A stretch of 64,000 nt of DNA, taken from NCBI RefSeq assembly GCF_009914755.1, contig NC_060928.1, one strand, 5' to 3'. The position numbers and the translations under genes are program-made. Source of the stretch: the human T2T-CHM13v2.0 reference genome, Homo sapiens. The notes below the pieces were generated by a model. That model searched no databases. It had not been told where the DNA came from and saw only the letters and a program-made list of their open reading frames with translations. Numbering within the stretch: the stretch's first letter is position 1; each line of letters begins with the position of its first letter. Positions 26,201 to 40,499 of this stretch are shown here, one piece after another.

Positions 26201-26446
26201 ATGATATGGTTTGCCTGTGTCCCCACCCAAATCTCAACTTGAACTGTATATCCCAGAATTCCCATGTGTCATGGGAGCGACCCAGGGGGAGGTAATTTTC
26301 TCTTGCTGCCGCCATGCAAGAAGTGCCTTTTGCCTCCCACCATGATTCTGAGGCCTTCCCAGCCATGTGGAACTGTAAGTCCAATTAAACCTCTTTTTCT
26401 TCCCACTCTCGGGTATGTCTTAGCAGCATGAAAACAGACTAACACA
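23267..26446 (+). mobile_element. Two-LTR THE1A (ERVL-MaLR): 5' LTR 23267-23611, internal region, 3' LTR 26202-26446
   Basis: Both LTRs start TGATATGGTTTG and end ...AGACTAA(T/C)ACA; THE1A-type CAAATCTCAACTTGAA; THE1-int between; 5-bp TSD ACTCC/GCTCC; inserted in an L2 relic. Confidence 0.92.
24182..25175 (+). mobile_element. Solo LTR13-like (HERV-K group) LTR nested in THE1A-int
   Basis: TG...CA termini (TGTGGGCGGCAAGCC...GGACTCTACA), 994 bp, AATAAA at ~25000, TSD GAGTC (24177-24181 / 25176-25180); THE1-int resumes seamlessly. Confidence 0.85.
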
Positions 26447-27193
26447 GCTCCTCTAGTTAGGGTAGGTGAGGGAAGGCCTTTCTAAGGAGGTGGCATTGAA
26501 CTGAATGACAGAAAGGGGTCAGCCTCACAGTGGCCAGGGATAACTTCTTAAAAGAAATGCCATCACAAAGGCCCAAAAATGAGAAGAGCTCAGTGTTCAC
26601 TGACTCCCAGTGAAGAAGGCTAATGAGGCTGCAGGGTAGCTAAGTGGGGATGAGAGGGCTTCTAATGGAGGCCAACTATGTGTCATGCCAAAAGGAACAC
26701 TGTGCTTATCACTTCCTTTCCTACACTATCCTGAGAAGATGTCAGTGAGGTTGGCGGAGGTAAAGCTCATGGGGCCTTGAAAAGGCCACATACTGAAGAC
26801 TTTGGGGCTTATTCTAAACGCAACGCAAAGCACTGGAGGATTTTAATCAAGGGCATATGATCCTCCAGCGGCTGAGTAGAGAATACACTAGGAGAAGCTG
26901 GGGCTAGCTATAAAGCCATTGGAGCAGTCCAACAAAGGGACTAAAACCCAACTCTGAAGTAGGCCAGTCATTAAAAGCAGATGGTGCTGGGGTTGGGAAT
27001 GGGGATTGACTACAGAAGGGTACAAGGCATCATTTTTGGATGATGAAAATGTTCTAAAACTGAATTGTGTGCTGATTGTACAATTCAGTAAGTTTATTAA
27101 AAATCACTGGACTGTCCACTTAAAACAGGTGAATTTTATGGTATGTAAATTATACCTTATAAAGCAGTTTGAAAAGAAAGCAGATGTGGGGAG

Positions 27194-27551
27194 TGTATTA
27201 GTCTGTTTTCATGCTGCTGATAAAGACATTCCCAAGACTGGGTAATTTATAAAGAAAAAAGAGGTTTAATGGACTCACAGTTTCACATGGCTGGGGAGGC
27301 CTCACGATCATGGAGGAAGAGCAAGGGAAGTCTTATGTGGCGGCAGGCAAGAGAGAGCTTGTGCAGGGGGAGCTCCCCTTTATAAAACCATCAGATCTTG
27401 TGAGGCTTATTCACTATCACGAGAACAGCACAGGAAAGACCTGCCCCCATGATTCAATTACCTTCCACTGGGTCCCTCCCGCAACACACGGGAATTGTGG
27501 GAGCTACAATCCAAGATGAGATTTGGGTGGGGATACAGCCAAACCATATCA
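27194..27551 (-). mobile_element. Solo THE1B-like LTR
   Basis: Reverse complement of THE1 LTR (TGTATTAGTC...CAAACCATATCA), 358 bp. Confidence 0.9.
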
Positions 27552-28102
27552 AGGAAAGTGGGAAGTGTAAATTAGCTGCCTGGGTCCCAGAAGTGAATCA
27601 TTAAACTTGAACACTGAATTTTCCTGTATCCTGAAAACTCCAAAGTATCTTAATTCCAGATGACTAGCGGTTGCTTTTAGCCATATTTTAATACATGGAA
27701 GCACTTCTGCATTCCCTCTTTTCCCCAGGCCTGGACCTCAATCCCCAGGTGTCTGCAACTCTTACTTGATATACACACAATGGATAATCAATAATGATTC
27801 AGCTAAGGTAAGGACAAAGCCTTTGCCACTTTTTACCTTTATTCTTTTTAGCCAGAGCAAATAGTGATATATTAATAGGAATACTCTTAAAAAATTGCTT
27901 TAAATGCCAGACTACCTCCTTCATATGCACCACTTAAATTTCTTTTCTTACCAAATTCCCTATTCAAATCCTTTCTTTAGGATTTACAGGATTCAGATAA
28001 ATATACAGTGATCTCCACTACTGTACCCCACTATTGCCCCAGCTGAAGACCTGTAAACTATTCATCAGTACAGCATGCTATGTGATTTATGAGCACGCTC
28101 AT

Positions 28103-28580
28103 ATGTATTAGTTCCCTACAGTTTCCATAACAAATTATCAAAACTCGGTAGCTTAAAACAATAGCAACTTATTCTTTCATAATTCTGGAGGCCAGGAATC
28201 CAAAATCAGTCTCATGGGGAAGAAAGCATGGTGTTGGCAGGGCTCCCTCCCTCCCTCTGGAGGCTCTGCAAGAGAATCAGTTCCTTGCCTCTTCTAGCTC
28301 TGCTGGTTGCCAGGCATTTGGTGACTTGTGGCCACATCACTCCAATATCTGCCTCTGTGGTCACATTGCCTTCTCTTCGGCCTATATCAAATCTGCTTCT
28401 CTCTCTCTCTTAGGACCTTTGCGTTTGCATTTAGGACCCACCTAGATAATTCACGATAATCTCTCCATTTCAAGCTACTTAATCACGTATGCAAAGGCAC
28501 TTTTCCCTTATAAGGTAACATTTACAGGTTTCAGGGATTAGGACCTGACATATTTGAGTGGCCACTGCTCAGCCTACCAT
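28103..28580. mobile_element. MLT1-family MaLR LTR
   Basis: TGTATTAGTT...ATAACAAATTATCA...CAGGGATTAGGAC...CAGCCTACCATA typical of MLT1. Confidence 0.75.
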
Positions 28581-29649
28581 ATAATTTGGGGCCATCTAGC
28601 TGGGGGACGGGTGGATCACAAGAGGCCCTGTTTAATAAATGGTGGAGGTCTAAAGTGGCTCACTCATAACATACTAGATAAAACTAAGTCCTCATTGTAA
28701 ATGCACAACAACAGTAAGGGCTTTGCATACATACAAATAAATTGCTGTCCTCAATTTGTTTTGGGAGTATAATATTAACTCTATGGCATGGAAACCATTT
28801 CACCCACAACACAAGTAAGATAACCGCACTAAGATTAAAAGCAATGAGCGCAGTACAGAGATAGGAGGACCACATCTCTCTCAGCACTCCTGCACCCTTA
28901 CCTGATGAGCTTCCGCACAGAGAAACAGTCCTACCTAGCATGTCTCTGGGATATGTGGAAGCCCTGGTCCTTTCCCCACACGCCCCCGCCATACCCGGCC
29001 ACAACGCCTTAATCTCCTGCTGAGAGAAGCAGCAAGAACTGGTTGCCAGTCAAAAAACCTGGGCAACAGCCGACCTCACTTCTACTTTCCCCTGACGTTG
29101 GAGTTCAGCATGAGGCACAAACAAAACCTGGAGCAGCCTGAGTGGGGCCTGGAGCAGAGTGCTGTGGAAAAGGATGGAGACTTTCCAGAACTCATTGTGT
29201 TGCTGATTGATGCTGATAATGAGGGAAAGCTCTGACCCCCACATGTGGTTTAAAGACAGGGCTCAAGCTGAAAGGGCCCTTGCGCCGGCATTTAACACCA
29301 TTCCGTCTTGGATGCGAGACTGTCCTCTCTACCACCAAGTCTTCCCCATCTCCTCCCCCTGTTCGCGGCAGCGCGGTAGACACAGAGTCAGCAGTCACGT
29401 TGGGGCAGGTTACTCGGTGATTCTCTTCCCCACAAATCAAATCAGTTTGCGCAGGCCCCTGTGTTCTTCAAGGTCCAGGTTTCAGCGCCACCGTCCCCAG
29501 GGGTCTTGCAATCCCCTAAAACAACAGCAGCTCATTCCAGTAAAGAAACAATTTATTGGGCATCTTCCATGTGCAGAACAAACACGAGGCACCGGAAGAT
29601 TCCAGAAATGAACACGAGTCGCTCCGGGTCCTCAGAAGAACCCCACTCC

Positions 29650-30300
29650 CACCCCACCATCCTCGTCTCCCGGGCCGCGCCCCGCTTGTACCTGCAACCA
29701 ACACCTAATCCTAAGACACCGGCCACATCTCCGCGGGGCGCCGGCGGGCGCAGCGGCCCCACCTACGTCGACCTGGCGGCTGGGACGGGGCGGCTCCCCA
29801 CTCTTCGCCCCTAGGCCCCGCGGAGGCTGCGGGGCGGCTCCTCCTCCTCGGCTGCGGCGCCGGAAGCTGCCCGCGCCCGTCACTCCTCGCGGCTGTGGCG
29901 CTCGGGGCGCTGCCCAGTCCGCGCGAGCCGCGTGGGTGACGGTTAGGACGCTCTGCGAGGCTTCGTAGTTGGGGGAGGGGAGGAGGGGGGTGCTCGGCAG
30001 CTGCCCGGCGGGGACCCCTCCCGCGCCTGCGACTCCGCCCGCCGGACGCCGTCGCTGGGGCATCCGAGCGTCGAAGTCCCCACCACCGCCCGGGCGCCCT
30101 AAGGAGTGGGGGTGTACCCAGCCCGGAGTCAAATCCTGGAGCCCTGCCCCAGAAACTACCCTGGGTTCGGACCTGCACCCGGCGCCCTCTGCCGCTTCTC
30201 CCACAGCCTCCTAACTGGTCTCCGGCCCTACTCTTGCCCCCACCCGAGCGCCTCGGGCCACTCTCGTAGCTGTCCCCACCGTGGTCTTCCCAGATAACTC
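29650..30300. promoter_or_regulatory. CCDC158: CpG island promoter of CCDC158
   Basis: Non-repeat, very GC- and CpG-rich; GC boxes (GGGGCGG, CCGCCC) and ETS-like CCGGAAG at ~29860; upstream of the minus-strand CCDC158 exons. Confidence 0.85.
29767..29900 (-). other. CCDC158: Probable non-coding first exon of CCDC158 (TSS approximate)
   Basis: Minus-strand donor GAC|GTAGGT at 29766 (alternative TAG|GTGGGG at 29762) at the edge of the CpG island; 5' end not determinable from sequence. Confidence 0.5.
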
Positions 30301-31417
30301 ACTGACCCGCACCAGTCTGAGCTCTTACCTGCCAAAGAGTCAAGCCCAATCTGGAGTTGCCCGCCGGGCCTCCTACTCTGACACCCCCACCCGGCCCCAC
30401 CTCACCCCCCCCTCCCATTCCCACTCCTGGCATTCCCATTTGACCATTTCAAGTTAACAGAATTCACATTTTGCAGCTCTGTTTTCTCTGTCCCCGAATG
30501 TTCAAGTTCAAACGTGTTCTCAGCATAGCTGACCCTTCTGCCTCTGGAGACTTGTTCCCTCCGCTGTGCTACAGTTACCCTCTGTCGTTATCTCTAATAT
30601 AGAATTTATCAGATTTTGCTGCCCAAATTATCGATCAAATGGAACGCATCCAGAAAGGCCAGTGTCTGATAGATGCAGCCTGAGGCATTTAATTCTGCTA
30701 GCAATCACATTGTGCAGACACCTACAGCAAATAACTTTTTATGTATAAGTTGATTAGAAATATTAGTAAGTCTTACATTAAATAATGTAGCTACAAATTT
30801 TAATAAAAATAGATTAAATGCCATTAAAGATTGTTTATCATATCTTTGTAGTTAATCCATTTATTGGCTTATAGAGATCTAGGATTAGCTATAGAATCGA
30901 GCATTTTTAACAGGAAGTGAAACCATAAGTATTACATAGAAAGGTAAATAATTTAGGTCTTGTGGTTGGACAAAAAGCAATTTCTAATTTTTTCTTTTTT
31001 CTATCAAAACATGAGTGTTCAATGACATAAAAATTTTCCATACCTAATACATGGTTTCCATTGGTGTCTCATTTTGTGCTTGTACCCTGGACACACACAA
31101 AAAGGTTTTTTTCTTTTCAACGTCTTTAATTAAAAGGTGTGTTAATTAGTGTAGCATGAAATTATCTACACCCACATATATGTACGAAAAGTTATGTGCC
31201 CCTGATTTTACTATAAAATTCATCACATTTTGAAGTGTCCTGCGGTTTTACAACATTTTTTAAATATTGTATTAAAAACAGCTTCTTAGCTTTTTAAATA
31301 AAGAATTAAAAGATCAAGAAAGGGATCCAAAGTCCTTTTCCATTCATTCATTCATTCCATCCATATTTATAGGGCACCTACAACATGCTATGTGTAGGTT
31401 GTGACAATAAAGCTGGG

Positions 31418-33055
31418 GCCCTCTCCCTCTCCCTCTCCCCCTCCCCCTCCCCCTCCTTTTCCCTCTCCAAGGTCTCCCTCTCCCTCTCTTTCCACGGTCT
31501 CCCTCTGATGCCCAGCCGAAGCTGGACTGTACTGCTGCCATGTCGGCTCTCTGCAACCTCCCTGCCTGATTCTCCTGCCTCAGCCTGCGGAGTGCCTGCC
31601 ATTGCAGGCGCGCGCCGCCACGCCTGACTGGTTTTCGTATTTTTCTGGTGGAGACGGGGTTTCGCTGTGCTGGCCGGGCTGGTCTCCAGCTCCTAACCGC
31701 GAGTGATCCGCCAGCCTCGGCCTCCGGAGGTGCCGGGATTGCAGACGGTGTCTGGTTCACTCAGTGCTCAATGGTGCCCAGGCTGGAGTGCAGTGGCGTG
31801 ATCTCGGCTCGCTACAACCTCCACCTCCCAGCCGCCTGCCTTGGCCTCCCAAAGTGCGGAGAGTGCTGCCTCTGCCCGGCCGCCACCCCGTCTGGGAAGT
31901 GAGGAGCGTCTCTGCCTGGCCGCCTATCTTCTGGGATGTGAGGAGCCCCTCTGCCTGGCTGCCCAGTCTGGAAAGTGAGGAGTGCCTCTTCCCGGCCGCC
32001 ATCCCATCTAGGAAGCGAGGAGCGTCTCTGCCCGGCCGCTCATCGTCTGAGATGTGGGGAGCGCCTTTGCCCCGCCGCCCCGTCTGCGGTGTGAGGAGCG
32101 CCTCTGCCCGGCCGCGACCCCGTCTGGGAGGTGAGGAGCATCTCTGCCCAGCTGCCCCGTCTGAGAAGTGAGGAGACCCTCTGCCTGGCAACTGTCCCGT
32201 CTGAGAAGTGAGGAGCCCCTCCGCCTGGCAGCCGCCCCATCTGAGAAGTGAGGAGCCCCTCCGCCCGGCAGCCACCCCGTCTGGGAAGTGAGGAGCGTCT
32301 CCGCCCGGCAGCCACCCTGTCCGGGAGGGAGGTGGGGGTCAGCCCCTCTGCCCGGCCAGCCGCCCCATCCGGGAGGGAGGTGGGGGGGTCAGCCCCCCGC
32401 CCGGCCAGCCACCCCATCCGGGAGGTGAGGGGCGCCTCTGCCCGGCCGCCCCTACTGGGAAGTGAGGAGCCCCTCTGCCTGGCCACCACCCCGTCTGGGA
32501 GGTGTACCCAACAGCTCATTGAGAACGGGCCATGATGACAATGGTGGTTTTGTGGAATAGAAAGGGGGGAAAGGTGGGGAAAAGATTGAGAAATCGGATG
32601 GTTGCCGTGTCTGTGTGGAAAGAAGTAGACATGGGAGACTTTTCATTTTGTTCTGTACTAAGAAAAATTCTTCTGCCTTGGGATCCTGTTGAACTGTGAC
32701 CTTACCCCCAAACCTGTGCTCTCTGAAACATGTGCTGTGTCCACTCAGGGTTAAATGGATTAAGGGCGGTGCAAGATGTGCTTTGTTAAACAGATGCTTG
32801 AAGGCAGCATGCTCGTTAAGAGTCACCACCACTCCCTAATCTCAAGTACCCAGGGACACAAACACTGCGGAAGGCCTCAGGGTCCTCTGCCTAGGAAAGC
32901 CAGAGACCTTTGTTCACTTGTTTCTTTGTTCACTTGGTTATCTGCTGACCTTCCCTCCACTATTGTCCGATGACCCTGCCAAATCCCCCTCTGCGAGAAA
33001 CACCCAAGAATGATCAATTAAAAAAAAAAAGATAGAAAAAAAAAAAAAAAAAAAG
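31418..33055 (+). mobile_element. Full-length SVA (SVA_D-like), inserted in an L2 relic
   Basis: (CCCTCT)n head, antisense Alu-like domain, GC-rich VNTR (~31870-32500), SINE-R, poly(A); TSD AAAGCTGGG (31409-31417 / 33056-33064). Confidence 0.96.
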
Positions 33056-34632
33056 AAAGCTGGGAACAAATACAGTCCCTACCCTAGTAGTGCTTACATT
33101 CTTGTAGAGGAAGATGAGCAATGCACAAATAGACAAGTTCAAATATGCCAGATGGGGATACGTGTTGTGGAGACAGAGGTAGGAGGTTAGGGAGTGTGGG
33201 GCTGCTGTTTCATAGTGAGGTCTTGAAAAGGCCTCATTGATAAAGTGACATTCAAAAGAGACTTGTAGGGCTGGGGGAAGGGATCTGTGTGGTTATTGTG
33301 GGACAGAGCTTTTCAGGCATTTGGTTGGTGTGTTTGAAAAAACCCAGAGGCTAGTGAGGACTGAGCAGAGTGGATGAACAAGCAGAGGTTGGGGCGTTGT
33401 GGTCATTTAGGGCCCAAGTCACCGAGAGCTCTTTAGTAAGAGTCCATGCATAGGTCCAAGGTTGTTGTGTCTCCCTTCACTGGTTCTTACTCTGCACTAG
33501 ACCCTGTGCTGGGTACTGGGGAGATGCAAAGAAGCTCCAGTTTCTGCCCTCAAGGAACCTGTGTCCCTCCTAATGTCAATCCAAATGGTGGCTGGGGTTT
33601 GTGAGGATGCAGTTAAGACTCAGGAACATGGAACCCAGGCCTGATCTGAGCTTTGGCACTAGCTTGGGCAAGCCATTTGAACTTACAAAGCGTTAGTATT
33701 TTCATCTGCAAAATGTGAGATGTAGAAATATCAGAAGGGGCTTTTCTAACTGAAGAAAAAAAAAAAACAAGAAAAAGCCCTATGATTTTATAAAATCAAA
33801 GCATAGAACTTTATCTTAATACAAAAACTTTTGTTAAAATTGTGTCAGAAAAGTACTTCAGACATAATATACATAATGCATATACAGGGTCACTTAAAAT
33901 TTAATTCACAATTTGCTAAGTTCAAAAAAAGTCTTGGTTCAGCCAACACAACGAGCTTTGTAAACAGGTGGTACTTAGGAAAAACCACATATTTTAATTT
34001 AGCATATGGTGTAGATTATATGAAATTACTTTAACCATTGTGTTTCCTTTATGATCTAGACCTTGAAACTTTTCTTTGGCCAAAGATCTTCAAAACTAAA
34101 TACAGTGTTAAAGCAGAGTTACAGAGCAGCCTGGATTAGGGGGATAGATATTTTCCTTTCCTGACTATGGTTTAAAACTTTCTGTTGTACATTTTATTGG
34201 GCAACGACTTTTCCCCAGTGCCCAGTACAGAGCTGGACATATAGAAGTCATCAATATATATTGTGGTGGAGGGGATAAGTGGCAAGTCATCTCTAATACA
34301 TAGTATTAGTATGCAAGTACATAGAGCATAAAATATTAAAAGACCATGTAGTTAATGTTCTGACATTCTTCTCTCCACCAGCGACACAAGGAGAGAAATA
34401 TATCTAATTAGAAAGCTTGAGTTCAATAAACAAATATTTATTGAGCACCAACTGAGTATCAGGAACATCAGTGAACAAAACGGACCCAAACCCTGCCCTC
34501 ATGGAACTTACGTTTCAGTGGTGGGGGACGGATCATAAATAATCACCGTGACAAAATTAATGCACTAGAAGGTGGTAAATGCCATGGGGACAAAGGAAGC
34601 AGGGAAGGAGAAGAGGAAGTGTGGGATGGATT

Positions 34633-35122
34633 GTGACTGAGTCCAAACTTGTTCTTCTTGCCACATCACGTCAATAAGTCAAGAGACAAGGAGGTGGAGG
34701 AAGGAAAGCGACTTTATTTTGGGGAGCCAGGAAACCAAGAAGAAGCAGACCAATGTCCTAAAGAACCATCTTAGAATTATGCGAGCTTTGCCTTGTCTTT
34801 TATATTTAAGTGACAGGGAACCGCAGACATCTGGGCACCAACAAGGGTCCAGGGGAAGTCTGTGAAACTTCTTTGTCCTTGGGTAACGTTCTCTCATGTA
34901 ACGATAGCCAAACCTCCTTGTTCCTGTAAATCTTTAACAAAACATAGTTGTTTATATACTTCTTCTTTAATCCTAGGGTTAGTTTCCAAGACTACATGAT
35001 TGCAGTTTTTGCATTGTATCTTAGTGCTCTAAAATTATCCTAACCGATGTGCAGGAATGGGTATCCCCTTAAATAAAAAATGGAGTTAGTTATGTTAGTT
35101 CTTTTACTGTTTCGCTGTTGCA
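34633..35122 (-). mobile_element. Probable solo ERV1-class LTR inside an L2 relic
   Basis: TG...CA-bounded ~490-bp segment interrupting L2-like sequence; minus-strand AATAAA (TTTATT ~34713); family not identified. Confidence 0.45.
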
Positions 35123-35344
35123 GTATGGAAATAGAGCAGAGAAGAGCCCCTCCAGGTGTGAGCAGAACCTTGAAGGAGACAGGGAGCAGCCATGTGGCTC
35201 TCAGAGGAACAGCATTTCCAGGAGGAATTGTGATTGTATTTCTGGGAACACATCTTGGCAGGGTAAGTAATTTCTAATTTGGGACTACTTTTGAATTAGT
35301 TTTAAAAGGAAACTTTTCATATGCCATCTTAATTTAAAGAGTAG

Positions 35345-35718
<374 letters not shown>

Positions 35719-35831
35719 AATTCATTCATTTTAAGTGTGCTTTTTGTGTGTGGAAGTCATAAAAATCAAAGTTTTTTTCTTGTCGATATGATGACAAAAT
35801 ATTTAATAGAATGCTAAAGATCAACAATCTT

Positions 35832-36332
<501 letters not shown>

Positions 36333-36744
36333 CTAGATAAAACCACCAAATGCCTTTTTAGATATGGGCTTAGAAAATGGAAGTAGTGTAAGATAAACCA
36401 TTTATTTTCTATGAAGGGAAAATATTCAAATTGGCAGCATATAAATTTTGATTCACAGATTGTTTTGGAATGCTTAAATAAAGATAACATTAGCAGAGGT
36501 ATAAACATGATGGAAACCTTCAATAGCAAACAAAATACATGTTTTATAACAAGAAAATCAATGAGTAAACAACCAAAAAATAAACAGATGAATAAAGCAA
36601 GAAAACATATGTAAGTTCTTTCTTTGTGTTGTATTAGTGTGTAATTATTTTTACTGTCCTGTCTATAATTCATTGGGCTTTTTGAATCTGTAGTTTGTTT
36701 CTTTCAAAGGTCTGAAAAACCCTCAATTTTATGTATATATAAAT

Positions 36745-37020
36745 TGAGTGAGAGAGAGACAGAGGTGAGGGTATTTATTACAGAGTGGGGAGAGAGAGAA
36801 AAAGACACAGAGAGAGAGACAGAGACAGAGAGATGGGGAAGGGGGATTTATTATAGGAATTGGCTCACACAATTTTGGAGGCTAAATTCCATGACATGCC
36901 CTCTACAAGCTGATGACCCAGGAAAGCTGGTGTTGTAATTTAGTCTAAATTTAAAGGCCCTGTCCCAGGGCAGGAGAAGATGATATCCCAGCCTGAGAGA
37001 GAATTTAAGTGTGCTTTTAA
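36745..37020. mobile_element. (GA)n-rich repeat and MLT2-like LTR fragment
   Basis: GA tract followed by GATTTATTATAGGAATTGGCTCACACAATT, typical of MLT2. Confidence 0.6.
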
Positions 37021-37350
37021 GTGGTGAGTTTTGAGAAATGTGTATACCCAGTAACGAAACACTTCGGTCAAGATTTCTGTCTCCCCAGAAAGTTCCTTGT
37101 GTTCCTTGGCAGTCGTTCTCTCCCGCAACACTGATATGGGTTTTTACAAATACAAGTCTTTTTTTTTTTTTGATTGACAAACTCTTTTACAGACTGATGA
37201 AAAAAGGGGATAGAAGTAACAGATGGAAGTCAGATAGCTAATAAAGGGAGATTGCCTGTTCTCCTCTAGGCCTTGTTTCTGCCTTTGAGATCATTGTCAT
37301 TAGCATCTTTGAAGCCAACTAATCCTTTATCATAACCATCTTTTGTTTAA

Positions 37351-37540
<190 letters not shown>

Positions 37541-37824
37541 ATTCTTATTAAGATCTTTTACTTCTATTTAGGAAGAAATAGTGTAAGTTTGCGGATATAT
37601 TTCTAGCAGTTTTTAAATAATAATCTACTACAGTGACTTCTATAACAGTTGTGACTTCTGTCAGGGATCTAATATCAAGTATGTGCCATCAGATATTATT
37701 ATTATTTGGATCTTTATGCATCTGGCAGTTTTCTGACTTTTCACTACAACCATGCTTACCATGATTAAGTGATGAATAATGATCTAATTAATCATAGTGT
37801 CATGTTTTACATTTCTTTACCTTT

Positions 37825-38300
37825 TATAAGCACTTTTTAAACTTACTGTGGTAAAATATACATAGGATAAAATTTATCTTTTTAACTATTTTCAATCGTA
37901 CAATTCCATGGCATTCACATAGGCATATTGTTATGTAACCATTACCACCATCCATCTCCAGAACTTTTTCATTTTTCCAGACTGAAGCTCTGTACCCATT
38001 AAACAGTAACTCCTTATTCCCTCGTCTCTCATCCCCTGAAAGCACCATACTACTTTCGCTTTCTGTCAGTTTGACTACTCTAGGTATCTCATATAAATGG
38101 AATCATACAATATTTGTCCTTTTGTGTCTGGCTTATTTAACATAGTGTCTTCAGGGTTCATCTATGTTGCAGCATATATCAGAATTTCATTCATTTTTTT
38201 AAATAAAAAAGGATTTAGATCACAGATTTCATTCATTTTTAAGTCTGGAAAGTATTTCATTGCATGTATATTCTACATTTGGGCTACCTATTCATTTGTC
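37825..38300 (-). mobile_element. L1MB-type 3' end
   Basis: CCATTACCACCATCCATCTCCAGAAC...GGAATCATACAATATTTG, L1MB 3' UTR-like. Confidence 0.75.
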
Positions 38301-38774
38301 CATGAAGTCCTTCAGTTGTTTAAAAACTAATTTTATTGAGCTATAATTTCCATTCAATAAACTGTATACATTTAAAGTGTACCATGTGATGAGTTTCGGC
38401 ATACATATATGCACCTGTGAAACTACTGCTTCAAGCAAGACATGGAGCATTTAGATCATTCCCAAATAATTTGAGTTGATTGTGTTTTGATAGTTCTGCC
38501 ACCAACTTATGATATTTGGTGAAGCAAATGCTGTAAATTGCATATTCAGCATCTATCCCCACTTCCTCCTTTCTCAAGAACCCCAGTGTTGAACACAACA
38601 TTCTACAGAGCCCTGTGCTTCAGGGGAAGTTCTAGTAGGTAGATCTTGATTAGTTTAAATCTAATCTTTGTGCTTTCATTCCTCTTCCAAGTGACTGTTT
38701 TCAGAGGAAGCATTTGATCTACTTCATGGCATTGAGAAATGAGGGAAGATCAGCTGGGAAAGTTTTCCTCAATC

Positions 38775-39082
38775 TTTCTTTTCTTTTCTTTTCTTTTTTC
38801 TTTGAGACAGAGTCTCACTCTGTCACCCAGGCTTGAGTGCAGTGGCGCCATCTCCCTCACTGCAACCTCTGCCTCCCAGGTTCAAGCGATTCTTCTGCTT
38901 CAGCCTCTCGAGTAGCTGGGACTACAGGCATGCACCACCCCACCCGGCTAATATTTTTTGTATTTTTAGTAGAGACAGGTTTTCACCATGTTGGCCAGGC
39001 TGGTCTCAAACTCCTGACTTCAGGAGTCACCCACTTCAGCCTCCCAAAGTGCTGAGATTACAAGTGTGAACCACCGTGCCCG
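38775..39082 (-). mobile_element. AluS
   Basis: Dimeric Alu. Confidence 0.92.
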
Positions 39083-39302
39083 GTGTTTTTTCGTTTTGTT
39101 TTGTTTTAAATCAGCTGACATCATGCTTTGATCCCCAATCTTAAGGAGACACATGAAGACATGATTCTTTTTGCCTGTGAAAGGCTGCCTAGAGAGATTG
39201 CACAAACTTTAAAATAAGATTGATTTTTGTCTATTTAGGATTGTTCTGAGGCCTTCTAAGAAAGACTAAATAAACTTCCAACTTATAATTTAACAATTTA
39301 TT

Positions 39303-39642
<340 letters not shown>

Positions 39643-40499
39643 TTATTGTCTACAGTTAATTTACTTTACCGATTAGTGAGCCAGAATAGCCAGTAGATGT
39701 CGCTCTGATTTCATTTTCAGAGATAACCTACTGACTTTTCAATCTCTTAAATATTCCATCTAGAAGCATTTTTAAAAATCCAATAAGTTGACAATCACAT
39801 TAAAAGTTTTAGCAAAAAATAAAGAGAAAAACATTAGGGCATACTAAGAAAAATTAAAATCAAGAAATGGGAATTTTCAAAAGATCAACTTAATTTTTCC
39901 TTCAGTGCTGTTAACAAATACAATGATGTGTGATTGCTAAAAAGTCAAAACAGTGATTAGGAAGATGACATTTAACAGACTGTTTGGTGTAGGGATGCTA
40001 AACAAGTGGTAGAGTCAATATGACTGATATATTTTTCTGTTCTGGGGCCATATTCACAATGACAGCAATATGAGCTCAATAACTCACAGTGGGAATTTTT
40101 CGTATAGAGACAGAAAATAAAGTTGTAAGCTACATTGGATCTATTTGTCATGAAGGGAAGAATCTGATCAAGAAAGCAGGAGTAATTCTAAGTTAGAGGC
40201 AGAAGGAAGGAGAGAAGTAATAGACAGAAAAACACAATGTGAAGCTTCATTTTTGGTACTGTGCTAAGCTTCTCTAAACTTTCTCCCAAACCAGGAAAAA
40301 CCACGAAGGGGTTTCCTTGTGTATTACTCTGAACTCTTTCAGTTGCAAGAAGCAGAAACTCAACCCCCGCTGGTTTAAGGAAAAAATAAACAGGTACCTA
40401 TGGGGTCATAAAACTGGTAATTGTAGGAGTGGGGTGGCTTTAGGCCTGGCTGCATCTGCTTATGGTGGCCTAAAGCCACCCCACTCCTACAATTACCAG

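Noticed and set aside
29632-30297. Long ORFs of up to 190 aa on both strands
   Set aside because: Stop-poor GC-rich CpG island; low-complexity G/R/P/A peptides with no recognisable domain.
31344-32973. Overlapping 65-172 aa ORFs and a tandem array
   Set aside because: All lie in the SVA hexamer, Alu-like, VNTR and SINE-R domains.
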